Made by a program: the position numbers and the translations under genes | Shown: positions 12,410 through 25,807 of the stretch, one piece after another | How positions within the stretch are numbered: the first letter of the stretch is position 1 | Layout of the letters: every line of letters begins with the position of its first letter | Notes under the pieces: generated by a model | Databases searched by the model: none | What the model was told of the DNA's origin: nothing | Seen by the model: only the letters and a program-made list of their open reading frames with translations | Assembly: GCF_000281045.1 (NCBI RefSeq) | Contig: NW_008246085.1 | Location: 206,598-248,716, forward strand | Length of the DNA: 42,119 nt | From: Saprolegnia diclina VS20 | Lineage: Eukaryota | Direction: 5' to 3'

Positions 12410-13135
12410 CCTCGCTCTCCTTCGCGCGCTCGCTATCTGACAAAAGATCTCGAATTTCAGCCAATCCCCGTCGTTTCCATTTTGACCAATCGTGATCGCT
12501 CTCGATAACGACACCTTTGTTCGTTTCGGCGTCGTTTGAGTTTCATTTTCAGGTTGGCGCGAATCCATCATCCCAAGTGCAACTTGCCGACACATCTCGC
12601 AGGTGCATGTGCTTTGGGTGCTTGTTCACGTATCGCTTGCCAGAAGGGGAAGCAAAAGCTGCGAGGGACAAGCTCCGAGCAAAGAGCTTGCTTTGGGCTA
12701 AGTAATATCGCCTTTGGAGATACGGCAGTCGAAGGATGACGAGGCAGCGTCGCTAGCTTCACTCATCCATGGAGCGAGCGTCGGACTTGCTCTTTATGGT
12801 CGAGAGACTCGAGCGCCGCCGTCCACGGCTTGTCCCATGTTTGCTTGCGCCAATCGGGAGGCGTTTGGCCGTCCAAACTCAATTGAGGTTCAAAGCGTCG
12901 TATGGTCGATGGTGTCCATACAAACGTCAAGTTTGATGCGCCACATCGTGCTCCAATTGACCCGTCTGCGTTGAGATTATGAAACATGGGTCTGAATGTC
13001 AGCGTATGGACCAACGATCTAGCTACACTTGAAATTTGTATGGAGATTGTGTGGTGAAGAGTTCTATGGATCCCAGCATATGGCACCTGTGGGGCCAACG
13101 TTCGCTGGCACATCTCAACTTCCGAAGATACCGCC

Positions 13136-14257
13136 ATGTTCCACCGCCTCCGCGCCAGCGTCCGCCCGCATCTGCCGTACGCCGTCACCGCCATGGGCGT
13201 CGGCCTCGGCATGGGTCTCGTGACCTCGAACCGCCCGTCGGAGCTGTCGTCGGTCCCGTCGACGATCATCGTGCCCGAGAAGCAGCCCAAGATGAACGGC
13301 CTCAAGATCTTCAGCGGCAATGCCAACTCGCCGCTGGCGAGCAAGGTCGCGGAGCTCGTGGGCGTGAACCTCGGCAAGATCACCGTCGAGCGCTTCGCTG
13401 ACGGCGAAGTGAATGTCATGGTCCATGAAAACGTCCGTGGCAAGGACGTTTACATTATCCAGCCCACGTGCGTGCCCGTCAACGAAAACTTGATGGAGCT
13501 CCTTCTCATGGTCAGCACGATGCGCCGTGCGTCGGCTCGCCGCATTACCGCTGTGATCCCGTACTACGGCTATGCCCGCCAGGATCGCAAGATGGCGGCG
13601 CGTGTCCCGATCTCGGCGGCCGATGTTGCTCGCCTCCTCGAGGCCATGGGCGTCGACCGTGTCATTGCCGTCGACTTGCATTGCGGCCAGATTCAGGGTT
13701 TCTTTGGCCCGCGTGTCCCTGTGGACAACCTTGATGGTGGCCTCGTCGGTGTCTCGCACTTTGGCAACATGGAGCTCGTGAACCCTGTCGTCGTCTCGCC
13801 CGACGCTGGTGGTGTCGCCCGCGCCAAGAAGTTCCGCGAGTGGCTCGTCGGCAAGGAAGGCATTGAGAACGTCGGCCTCGCCATGATCATCAAGCAGCGC
13901 GTCCGCGCCAACGAGGTTGGCAGCATGGACCTTGTCGGCAACGTCAGCGGCTCGGACTGCATCATCGTCGACGACATGATCGACACGGCCGGCACGCTCT
14001 GCAAGGCCGCGCAGCACTTGGCGGACCACGGCGCGCGCAATGTGTATGCGTTTGCATCGCACGGTCTCTTCAACGGCCCGGCCAGCGAGCGCATCAAGGC
14101 CTCGGCCCTCAAGCAGGTCGTGGTCGTCAACACGACGCCGCTCCCCGCCTCGTGCGTCGGCAACGAGAAGATCAAGCAGCTCGACGTCGCGCCGCTCTTG
14201 GCATCGGCGATCCTCAACATCCACGGCAAGAAGTCGGTGTCGCAATTGTTCAACTAA
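13136..14257 (+). CDS. prs: Ribose-phosphate pyrophosphokinase (PRPP synthetase, class I-like) with N-terminal extension
   Basis: Single-exon 373-aa ORF containing KIFSGNAN, FADGE, PYYGYARQDRK, VDLHCGQIQGFF, VVSPDAGG and the PRPP-binding loop IIVDDMIDTAGTL. Strong C/G third-position bias. Confidence 0.97.
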   Translation: MFHRLRASVRPHLPYAVTAMGVGLGMGLVTSNRPSELSSVPSTIIVPEKQPKMNGLKIFSGNANSPLASKVAELVGVNLGKITVERFADGEVNVMVHENVRGKDVYIIQPTCVPVNENLMELLLMVSTMRRASARRITAVIPYYGYARQDRKMAARVPISAADVARLLEAMGVDRVIAVDLHCGQIQGFFGPRVPVDNLDGGLVGVSHFGNMELVNPVVVSPDAGGVARAKKFREWLVGKEGIENVGLAMIIKQRVRANEVGSMDLVGNVSGSDCIIVDDMIDTAGTLCKAAQHLADHGARNVYAFASHGLFNGPASERIKASALKQVVVVNTTPLPASCVGNEKIKQLDVAPLLASAILNIHGKKSVSQLFN

Positions 14258-14414
14258 GTACGCGCGCCGCCGCCATATATATATGCACCCATAGACGCCT
14301 CTTGCATGGACACCACCCATCTCGATGCTCGTACTTCCGCGTTCCACGGTTGCGCAGGCGGAGAGAACGAAGTCGGTGGGGTAGAGATGGACGCAATGTC
14401 GATTGAGGCGAGGG

Positions 14415-15747
14415 TTACACGGTCATCTGCTCGTCAAAGTTGAGCTTGGCGTCCGGGTTGGCGAGCTTGGCGAGCTTCTCGTCCAGTGCCTTCATCGCAC
14501 GGGCTCTATGCAGCAGTGAGTCATCGACGCGACACCATGTCGTCGTACTTTCGGCGCTCAGTGATCGGGTCTGTCGTTGGCTACGAAGTGAAAGACGCTG
14601 AGGAGGACATAGTCCCTTGACAAGGTCGTACCGCAACGACCGGCAGGCTGCTCGCACTGTCATGGCGGTGCTTGAAGAACCCCATGAGCTTGCAGACGCT
14701 GTAGGAAAAGGTCGCAATGGCGCCGACAGTCGACCTAAAGCAAGAAGCAATGAAGTGAGGCATCGAGTCTCGGTACGACGTACTTGAGGAAGGACGGGAA
14801 GAGCACTGTGAGCGCAAAGGCGTCCGACGTGTTGCCCACCGAGCCGTCTTGATTTTTGTGGAGAAAGCGGAGGTAGACCCAGCCAAAGTACAAGCCCGAG
14901 ACGGCGTACGGTCCGGCGCCAACGATGAGCACCTCGCTCTTGGTCACGACCGCACCCAGCGTCAATGTCATGCAAACAAGGCTCACAAACAGCGGGTAAT
15001 GCTACCGGCAACTACGTCAACAAGAGCACGACGGGCAAGCGTACCTTGACTGCGAGCTTGGGGATGTAGAGCGTTTGGTTTGGGTTCTCATGCGCGAGCG
15101 CGACGAGGAGCGCGACGAGGCCGCCCGTGAAGCCAGAGACCCCGGTGCGTCTACGCCATAGTTTGACACTGAGCGCCACGCCATATCGCAAGCGCGGTAG
15201 TACAGGAAGAACGGGTTGCGGAAGACAATGTACAGCGCAAACATATCGCAAAAGAGGAGGCCGGTCGAGACGACGCCGACGAAGAGCATGAGGCGCGCCA
15301 TCGCAAGCGACCCCAAGTGCTTCTCGACGCGGACGCCCAAGAGGACCGTCAGAGGCACGATGCACACGACCTAGTACGTCCTGCTCGCACGTCGTTCGGC
15401 GATGAAGTTGGTCGTACCTCCCACAGATACTGGTGGTAAAAGGGCGCCGTCAAGTAGGCCCATGGGCGAATGTGCTCTAAGATGACGCTGGACACGGCGG
15501 TAGCATGAGCGAAGAGAGCTCAAGTGGGTACTGGAATACCTCGCGATCGAGAGCGCAAAGACACCGTGCTGGTTGGTTGGCGTCAGCAGCGCGCCGAGGA
15601 GCCACAGAAGAGGGATCAAGGCCGCAATGGCCAGCGTCACTGGCGCCTACGCCATGCGTCACGCAGCCGCCACCGTCGTCGCCGACGTACCCGCACATCC
15701 TCCCAAAGGCCCATCGCGACGCGGAAGCTCGGGGAAACTGACGCCAT
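14415..15747 (-). CDS. TMEM115/PL6-like (DUF1751, rhomboid-like) membrane protein
   Basis: Multi-exon model from ATG 15747 (MASVSPSFRVAMGLWEDVR/APVTLAIA...). Several TM segments, then WVYLRFLHKN..GSVGNTSDAFAL..LFP, and the C-terminus PTTDPITERRKARAMKALDEKLAKL typical of this family. Stop at 14415. Confidence 0.75.
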
Positions 15748-16073
15748 CCGGATGCAGCCGGCCACAAGCGCTTTTGTATTGGCAGCCAACGGAAATAGTG
15801 TTTAACTTAGAGCTGCTGTTTGTGGACAGCCCGCGACCGTGCACCGCCACGGTGCTATTGACATGAGAGATGTCCATTTTGTCCATGGTCGGCTTTGCAT
15901 CGCGTTGACGCGCTGCCCGGTTTCGGGTCTGGCACGTGACACTATTCTAGATATGTTATATAGTGTATGGGTGGGACGTCAACGCGTCCCGTTTAAAAGT
16001 CCAGCACAAGAGTGGGACACACTAATTTCTTGCGAACTTGTCGTCAGATCAAGATTTGCGCCCGACGAGCTCC

Positions 16074-17204
16074 ATGAAGGTTGTCGTCTGTGGCGGTGGT
16101 GCTGTCGGCTGCACGCTCGCCTACTTCCTCACGCACGCCAACCGCGACGCCAATGATGACGTTGAAGTCGTCGTTGTTGACGAGATCGGTGTCGCGGCTG
16201 CGGCCTCCGGCAAGGCTGGCGGCTTCCTCGCGGCCGATTGGTGCCAAGGTGAAGATGTCGATGAACTCTGTCGGCTGAGCTTCCGCCTCCATCAAGAGCT
16301 CGCTGCCAAGCACGACGGCGCTCTGTACTACGGCTACCGCGTCGTGGATGCCATCTCATGTGTCGTCAAGCCCCACCCGTCGACAAAGAAACCCAAGGCC
16401 AACATCGCCATCAAGTCGGCCGTTGTGCCCAATTGGATCACCGACAGCAGCGTGCTCAAGGCGTCACCAATGGGCACAACCGACCCGGAGCATGTGACCA
16501 TGGCGCAGCTCTACCCTCGCGACTTTACCGAGTTTATGATGGACCGCGCCATGTCGACAGGCAAGTGCACCTTTCTCCAGGGCCGCGTCCAGACGCTCGA
16601 TGGCGCCAACGTGCTCCTTAGCGACGGTCGCCGACTCGACGCGGACGCAGTCGTGCTTGCGATGGGGCCGTGGACGCCAAAGCTTCTCTCGGTCGAGTGC
16701 GACTACCCCAACATTAGTCCGCCGCAGACACACAAGATCCATAGCGTCATTGTGCGCGATGACGACACGCCGTCATGGGACCCACGCGTGGTCTTTGGCA
16801 TCGTCGCCAACAGCGAAGACGAGCTCGAGATTGTACCGCGCGCGAACGGCACGGCGTTTGTCTGTGGCGCGCACGTGCCGCAGCCGCTCCCGTCCAGCGC
16901 CGCAAACGTGGTCCCGGACGCCGCGTCCATCGCCGAGATTCTGCACGGCCTCTCCAAGTTTAGCGGTCGCACCCACAGCCACAACTCGATCCAAGCCACG
17001 AACGCGTGCTATCTGCCGCAGACAAAAGATTACACGCCCATCATGGGCAAGCTCCGAGACGGCGTCTACGTCTCGTCGGGCCACAGCTGCTGGGGCCTCC
17101 TGAATGCGACGGGGTCGGGCCTCGCCATGGCCGAGCTCCTTTTGAATGGCAAAGCCACGAGCGTCGACCTCGAGCCATTTGACCCCAAGCGCTTCGTCCT
17201 GTAG
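16074..17204 (+). CDS. FAD-dependent oxidoreductase (DAO family, TDA3-like)
   Basis: Intronless. N-terminal Rossmann motif VVVCGGGAVG, then ASGKAGGFL, VVLAMGPWT, ACYLP and the C-terminal SGHSCWGLLNATGSG. Confidence 0.9.
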   Translation: MKVVVCGGGAVGCTLAYFLTHANRDANDDVEVVVVDEIGVAAAASGKAGGFLAADWCQGEDVDELCRLSFRLHQELAAKHDGALYYGYRVVDAISCVVKPHPSTKKPKANIAIKSAVVPNWITDSSVLKASPMGTTDPEHVTMAQLYPRDFTEFMMDRAMSTGKCTFLQGRVQTLDGANVLLSDGRRLDADAVVLAMGPWTPKLLSVECDYPNISPPQTHKIHSVIVRDDDTPSWDPRVVFGIVANSEDELEIVPRANGTAFVCGAHVPQPLPSSAANVVPDAASIAEILHGLSKFSGRTHSHNSIQATNACYLPQTKDYTPIMGKLRDGVYVSSGHSCWGLLNATGSGLAMAELLLNGKATSVDLEPFDPKRFVL

Positions 17205-17258
17205 TGCTATCTTAGAGTTGTATTTTTTAATCCTAAACTTACGAAACGGCGCAACGCT

Positions 17259-19377
<2,119 letters not shown>

Positions 19378-19666
19378 CGACTCTTACGTGCCAGGATCAC
19401 TTTGCGGGTGTGATAACCAAAATGAGGCTGGCGCCAAAATCTCTCTACGGGTCGAGCTTATAGACCCCTGCAACGCCATCCACTGTCTTTATACAAGAAA
19501 CAAAGTTGGTCAAAAATCTGGATTCGATTTCCAGTTGTCCACATCGCAATCTCGCCACATCCTGAGGCGCGCCTCCTCGCGCCGTTTGGATCGGGCGTTC
19601 TCGCATCTGATTGGTGCGCGAATGGATGCCCATTTCCGAGCTGCCACTTTTTCGAACCGAGTGGCT

Positions 19667-22107
19667 ATGGACGCGACGGTCTTCGCCGTGGACCTCGAGC
19701 GCGCGAGCTCGCTCGCAGGCATCTCGTACGACGAGCTCGTCGACGGGATTCGTGGCGACCGACATTCGACGCTGCAAGCCGTCGTGCTGGAGAGCGAGGC
19801 AGACGGCGACTGGACCGGTGCCTCGGCACTGGCGGCCTACGTGCTCACGTCGGGCAAGACGACCTTCTACGGCGTCCCCTACGCTCTGCAGCAACTACAG
19901 CGGCGAACGATACTGGAGCACGCGCTGTCGCAGCTCCTGCTGGCAGGTATCACGCGTGTTGTGCTCGCCGTTTCTGCCAACCAGCCTGAGGTCCGCGCAC
20001 ACGTGGAGCAGTCGCCCGTCGCTGCGTGTTTGCACCTCGAGTACCTCGAGCTCCCGCCATCCGTGCTCGAGTCGGTGCCCGAGACCATTCTGGCGGGCCG
20101 ACACCTCTTGTCCGGTCCGTTCCTCATACACGCCCCCGACCGCGTCTTTGACAAAGACGTGATCGAGCGCTTTCTTGCGTTCTATCAGACAACGCACAGC
20201 GTTTGCATGCTCTCCGAGACGCGCATGGACATGGCCCAGCGCATGCATTCGACCACCGTACACTGCGTGGGTTTTGCCGTCATCTGATTGCGTTGCTGTA
20301 GGTGCGCGTGCAAGTGGCGTCGCCGCGGGCCAACGGCAGCACCAACGTTCGCATTGGCCGGGACTTGGCGTCCTACAACGGGGTTGATGCAGGGCTCTAC
20401 ATAGTCTCACCAAAGATCTTTGTGGTGCTCGAGAACCTTCTCCACGGTGCTGGCGCGCTCTCGCTGCCCGAGGCGCTTGCCTTTGGCTTTCGCAGCCTCA
20501 AAGTCATGCCCACGACCGAGCATTGTAACTGGTTTGGCGTCGACTCGGACGACGAGCTGCTGCACGCGGTCGAATTCAACCTCGCGGCGACGCTCTCGCC
20601 GTTTACATTTCCCGCGCTCCTCTCGCCTCAAAAGCCGCGCAAGAGCGTTCTCCTCTCCGTCGGCAGCTCACCGTCGTCGCACGCGTCCGAGACAGCGCGT
20701 GGGGCCTTCCAAGGCTTTGTCGTCGACGTGCCTACGACGCGCGTCACGGCCACGTCGCCGCTTCTCCCGCGCCTGAGCCTCAAGGTCCACGAGTGCGCGC
20801 TGGCCACTCACGTCACGTCATCACCACACAACGAGCTCTCGGTATCGATTCCGCTGCCGGAGGTAGCGTCGCCAACGACATCAAGTCCTTCAAAGAGCGC
20901 GTTCTTGATTCAGCAGTCGACGGCATCGAATTTTGTGCTGGCTGTGCCCGACGGGCCCATGCGGCGGCGCTCCCAACTCCCATCCGACGTTGTCGACGTG
21001 GCTCTCGAAGCGACGACAGGCGACGGGGCGATCGCCGTGCGACTCACAGTGCAAAAGCAGGTCCCACGTATCGGGTACCTCATCCTCCTCACCGCGCTAC
21101 TCAGTGTCTCGGCCCAAGGCGCCGCGCTTCAAACACTCAGCGGCATCTCGCCCTTTCTCAAGATGTTTTGGCGCGCGTTTGGCTCGTCCATCGTCTTTAG
21201 CATCCTCGCGGTCATCTCGGTCGTCCACGACGGCTGGCCGACGCTGCCGTCGCCGCGTCAAGCTCTCTTCGAGGCCATCGTATGCATTCTCTCGTACTTG
21301 ACGTACAACGCCACGTTCTTTTGGGCGCTCGACCACACGTCGGTGGGCCACGCCTACATCTTTAGCAATTGCCACTCGGTGCTCATCGTCTTTGGCAAGT
21401 GCTTTCTCGGGCAGCCCGTCGCGGCGCTCGAGTCGTCCGGCGCCATTCTCGGTGCGCTCGGCGGCGCGCTCACCACCATGGACAGCGACGCCGCGTCGTC
21501 GCCAACTTCGCTGTCGAGAGTGATCGAGCCGACGCTGCGTGGCGATGTGGTCGCGCTTGCGGGCGCTATCGGTGGCGTCTTCTACCTCGTGAATGCCAAA
21601 GTCTTGCGCGAGAAGCTCGGCGTGTGGGTCTTTGTTGCCTACCTCTTTACCACTGCGTGGGTGCTCATTTTACCGCTGCTGTGCGCACTCGGCGTCGAGT
21701 TTGACGTCTCAACCGACCCACGGATTGGCCTCTTTGGGTGGGTCCACCACTTTGGCACCGAGGTCCTCATCGTTGTCGTTTGCTCGGGTCTCGGCACAAT
21801 GGGTTTCATCAGTGCGATGCGGTACTTTCCGCCGCTCGTGATCTCGGTGACGATGCTCCTGGAGCCTATCGTGGCGACGCTCTTCTCGCTGCTCTCGGGC
21901 ACGGCCGATGTGCCGCATGCGCTCACGATCGTTGGCGGTTTGACGGTCATCCTCGGGACGCTGCTCGTTGTCTACTCGACGCGCAAGTCCACCGAGCACA
22001 TTGACGTCACCGCGGCAATGCTCTCGACGGTGCCCGAGACGAAGCAACCGCGGAACGCCACAAAGCGCCCGTCCTACTATGGAACCATGTCCCAAGTTAA
22101 ATCATGA
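19667..22107 (+). CDS. Fusion of a degenerate NTP-transferase-like (IPCT/LicC-type) domain and a DMT/EamA multi-TM transporter
   Basis: Exon 1 19667-20257 (alternative ATG 19622), intron 20258-20301 (44 nt, phase 0), exon 2 to TGA 22107. N-terminal motifs AVVL..GVPYAL..TILEH..GITRVV, FLIHAPDRVFD, RIGRDLASYNGVDAGLY and WFGVDSDDEL. Ser/Pro-rich linker. C-terminal region of about 10 TM helices with FWR, ALDHTSVGHAYIFSN, GDVVALAGA and VISVTMLLEPIVATL. Confidence 0.8.
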
Positions 22108-22456
22108 GAAGCGTGTTATATTGTCTTTTGATTATAGAGCACATAATTAAGAGCGTGGAAAGCGTCGCTGGTCGTGGGTGGTGTTTGGCGCGTAAAAGTG
22201 CACGTTGCAAGCAAGTGCAACGCGTCGTGGGCCGGGCCAACCCTGCGTAAAACGCGTTATTTAGCGACGAAAAGGCGCACCAGACTCTGGTTCTCTTGAT
22301 TCACGGATGGTTTGCAACGAGGCGGGGCGCGTCGAAGGCCGCCGACGTCGTCAGCGCGGGCGATCTTCTGGCAGCAGTCAAAAACCTCTAGTATCGCATG
22401 CGGTTGAATATCGATTGTTAGAGGGATGTGGAAAAAACACGCGCGTTACAAAAAAC

Positions 22457-22500
22457 AGCCAATGGGCTGTCGCGCCGTCGCGACGCTTTTTGACCAATGA
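22457..22500 (+). promoter_or_regulatory. Two CCAAT boxes upstream of the COX14-like gene
   Basis: AGCCAATGG (~22457) and GACCAATGA (~22492), about 70-110 nt before the ATG at 22566. Confidence 0.45.
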
Positions 22501-22565
22501 AAACGACGGGCGGCCACTTGGTACTTCGCCGAGTTTCGCCATAAAAAAACTCCACTGACGAAGCA

Positions 22566-22757
22566 ATGGCCGGCAGCAAGGTACTCGACGTCGTGCACAA
22601 GGCTGTGGTCACGGGCCTCCTCGGCGCGACGGCCTTTGGCCTCTACGACATCACGCGCGGCTTCAACGTCATGTACACGCGCAACGTCGTGCGGCAGAAG
22701 GAATGGGAGGCGCAGCAGGCGCTCGCCCAGGCCCAGAACCAGCCCGCCGCCAACTAA
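22566..22757 (+). CDS. Small single-TM protein, COX14-like cytochrome c oxidase assembly factor
   Basis: 63-aa ORF with strong coding codon bias and two CCAAT boxes upstream. The pattern LDVVHKAVVTGLLGATAFG followed by a charged tail resembles Cox14. Confidence 0.55.
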   Translation: MAGSKVLDVVHKAVVTGLLGATAFGLYDITRGFNVMYTRNVVRQKEWEAQQALAQAQNQPAAN

Positions 22758-23011
22758 GCCGCGAGAACCGACCGTGTGAAACTACTACTACTAAACGATT
22801 GTTATTCATGAATTATCTACGTGCCTCCTTTGGTTGTCGGTTGCAGCTTGAGCATGTGGTCAATGCACGGCGACAGCCCTGGCATGGCTTGATGCGACCG
22901 GAGGATGTCAGTGGCGCTGACAAGGGAGCCGTGGCATCATAAGACTGTCAAAAGGGGACTGTGTATTACGACTACTTTGAACAAGCCTTGGTTTTTCATC
23001 TACTCCTGCGT

Positions 23012-24036
23012 TTACTCGGTGTTCAAGCCGAGCAAGATGCCACCGCCGTTGCTGTTGGGGAGGTACGACACGTTGCGCGACTTGGAGAGGGCCTCGGCGA
23101 TTTCCTTGGCGGCGTCGATACGCTGGACTTCAATGAAGCCTGAGCCGCTCTTGGCAACAGCCTCCGAGACCAACTTGGCGGCCTCGGATTCACCCTCGGC
23201 GCGGATGATGGCGGCCTGACGCTCCTGCTCGGCCTTCATGACAACAAACTTGGAGCGCTCGGCTTCCTGGAAGGCGACCTGCTTCTGCTCGACGGCCTCC
23301 GTGAACTCCTTGCCGTACGTCAAGTGCGTAATGGCCACATCGTCCAACTTGAGGTTGAACTGCGCCGCGCGGGCAGCGAGCTCCTCCGAAATCTGACCCG
23401 AGACCTTCTCACGCGACGTCAAGAGCTGGTCGGCGTTGAATTGCGCCTACACAAAGCAGTGGATGAGTGCCATGCAAATGCACTGAGAAAAAGTACGTAC
23501 GACAACGCCCTTGAGGACTTCGTTGCCGATCGAGGGCAAGATACGCTCGTTGTACTCCGTGCCGAGCTCCTTGTAGATCGTCGGGAGGTGGTCGACATCA
23601 GGGTGCGACATCACACGCAGGCGGATGTTGACTGTCTGCAAGTCCTTCGTACCCGTGCTGCACGGGATTTCGTGGGCCTTCGTGCGGACATCGATGATCG
23701 TGGGTTCCTACATAACGTAGCATGAGCATGATGGCACAAGCGCTTGCACGAGGCGCACCTCGACGAACGGAATGATGAAGTGCGAGCCCTCGCCCTTGCT
23801 GATGGGCAAAAGACCCTTGAAGCGGTTGAAGATCACAGCGCGCTCACCGCCATCGACTAGAACATTGCGCCAAGATGAGCATTTCGCCTCGGATTGACGC
23901 CGCAAGTACGGCCACGGCGGATCAACGTACCATCAATGATGCACTTGTCGGCGACGAAGGCAGCGCCAGCGACGGCGGCGCCGGCGAAGGCGAGTTGGTT
24001 GAGGGCTTTAAGAGCGACAGCGACAGCTTGGGCCAT
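23012..24036 (-). CDS. PHB: Prohibitin (SPFH/Band 7), PHB1-like
   Basis: ATG 24036; introns 23857-23930, 23708-23758 and 23447-23500. Motifs [59 protein letters not shown] and [13 protein letters not shown]. Confidence 0.95.
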
Positions 24037-24614
24037 ATTCTTTCGAGAAGGGTTGAGCAATGCGAATGGCTTGCTGGCCAGTAGTGCGCTTCCTTATCCG
24101 GACATTCCGCTTGCATTTGATTTCAGTATGCTGTATCCGGACCGACGTCCATCGAAAGTTGACGCGCTTGGCAATTTAAGCTCTGCGCCTAAAATGCATT
24201 TATTTTTGAGCTTCTCTACCGCAGCGAATGATTTTCAAGTTCTTTATGCATGTATATTCCGGATTTTACCGCTCAGCTGGCATCCAAGCGCACGTTCAAT
24301 GAAACCTTGTGGACAAACCAAGCAACCAAATGGGAGCCTGCGCAAACGACGGACGGAGAGTCACCTTACCGAACAAGATGAATTCGCATCTCTCTCTCTT
24401 GCCCTGAAATTTCCTCAATGCCACAATGCCACGAGGTGGCCTAACGTTAGCCGAGTCAATTCTCAACTGCCCGAACCGTCGAGATGCGAGGAATGAAGGT
24501 CGACCCTAACCTCTTGGTTGTGATGTACTATAACTCGCCCACACGGGCGTGAACGGTGTGCGAAGAGTAGGAATGTCGTCTAGTGTATATAAATATTACC
24601 AAGTAGCGCTTAGA

Positions 24615-25807
24615 TTATGTAAGAGAGAGGATGTGGAACTGGGCCAGCGCTTGGTTCATGCCAACGTCCTCTTTCGCCGCATTGACCAAATACGAGGTGT
24701 AGGCTTGGACCGAGAGCTCCGTGTTGACATCGATGCAAGCTTGCGCGTAGCAACGCATCGCACTACGGGGCGTATGGCCGTCCAGGCTGGGCAGCCGTTC
24801 ACAGACCCACCACCCCGCAATGCTCTCGTGCGCCATGCGGCCGTTCACGTCGTCGTAAATCAACGTGCGATGTGTGAGAATCATGCGCTGATCGCTCTCG
24901 CGCACCAAGTTGACGACGTAATGCCGCCGCTTGTCCGTAAACACGGTCAGTGCCAGCGTGCCGTCAACACAGCGAACCTACAAGAGCATGGTGAAGCTCG
25001 ACCTTTACCCTTACGCAGGGTGTACCTGCTTGCCTTCGTGGGCGGTCAAGCAGTAGCGGTGCAGCGCCCGGGCGATATCTTCGTGATGTGCCGCAAAGGT
25101 CCCGTGCTTGAAGAGCTCGACGTACGAGACATGCTGGTCGGTCTCGTCGAGCACAAGGTTGTAGCTGCCATCGCGCGGCCCGGGGAGCTTCGCGAAAAGC
25201 TCGGGGGTGATCTTGCACGACTGGTACAGGGCGATACTTCGCAGCGTGTGCTCTTGCTGGTCCGGGTCCTTGCAGAGTGTGTGAAGGCTCCATGGGTCAC
25301 GGCGTGGGTCGAGGAACATCTATGTACGCACTGCATGAGCGCATGCAGAGACCTCAATGCATGGGATGCCCATACCATCGTATCGGACGTGGGCCCACAA
25401 ATGCTCTTGAAGATGACGGCTTTCTCCATTTGGCTCACGAGCTCGCGATAGAGCGCTTGTCCTGTTGCGTAGGCGTCGCGGAGCCGCGCCTTCTCCTCGA
25501 TGGCGCGCTGCCTCCACCGCGCGTTGGTCTCGGCATCGACGAGCCGCTTCTTTTGCACCGCACTGAGCTGGTATTCGAGCGCAATGGCCGTGCGATGGAG
25601 ATGGTTGAGCTCGTTCTGGAACTTTTCCTTGCTCAAGCGCTTCCGGAGCCGGTCTTTGCGCAAGCGCTCTTCGCGGTCGGGTGAGACTGCCTTGGACGGC
25701 TCTGCCATCGCCGGGCGAGCGTCGTGCGGCGGGCGCAGCTTCTCATAGTCGTGGGACATCAGCGCGAGATCTTCTGGCAGCGCAGCTTTGGCCACTGTGA
25801 TCACCAT
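24615..25807 (-). CDS. bZIP-like protein with putative START/SRPBCC-like C-terminal domain, paralog 1
   Basis: Exons 25807-25376, 25319-25026 and 24977-24615 (introns of 56 and 48 nt). Basic/zipper region REERLRKDRLRKRLSKEKFQNELNHLHRTAIAL. C-terminal region homologous to paralogs 2 and 3 (DPRRDPW..HTL, HRTLIYDD, GWWVCE). Confidence 0.75.

Noticed and set aside
22150..22440. Possible structured ncRNA (hairpins CGTTGCA-N6-TGCAACG and CCTCTA...TAGAGG)
   Set aside because: No tRNA, snRNA, SRP or RNase P/MRP signature was recognised and short stems are expected by chance. An Infernal/Rfam scan would be decisive.
23894..24496. 200-aa + strand ORF overlapping the 5' end of prohibitin
   Set aside because: Non-ATG start, antisense to prohibitin exon 1, runs through AT-rich promoter DNA and lacks coding bias.
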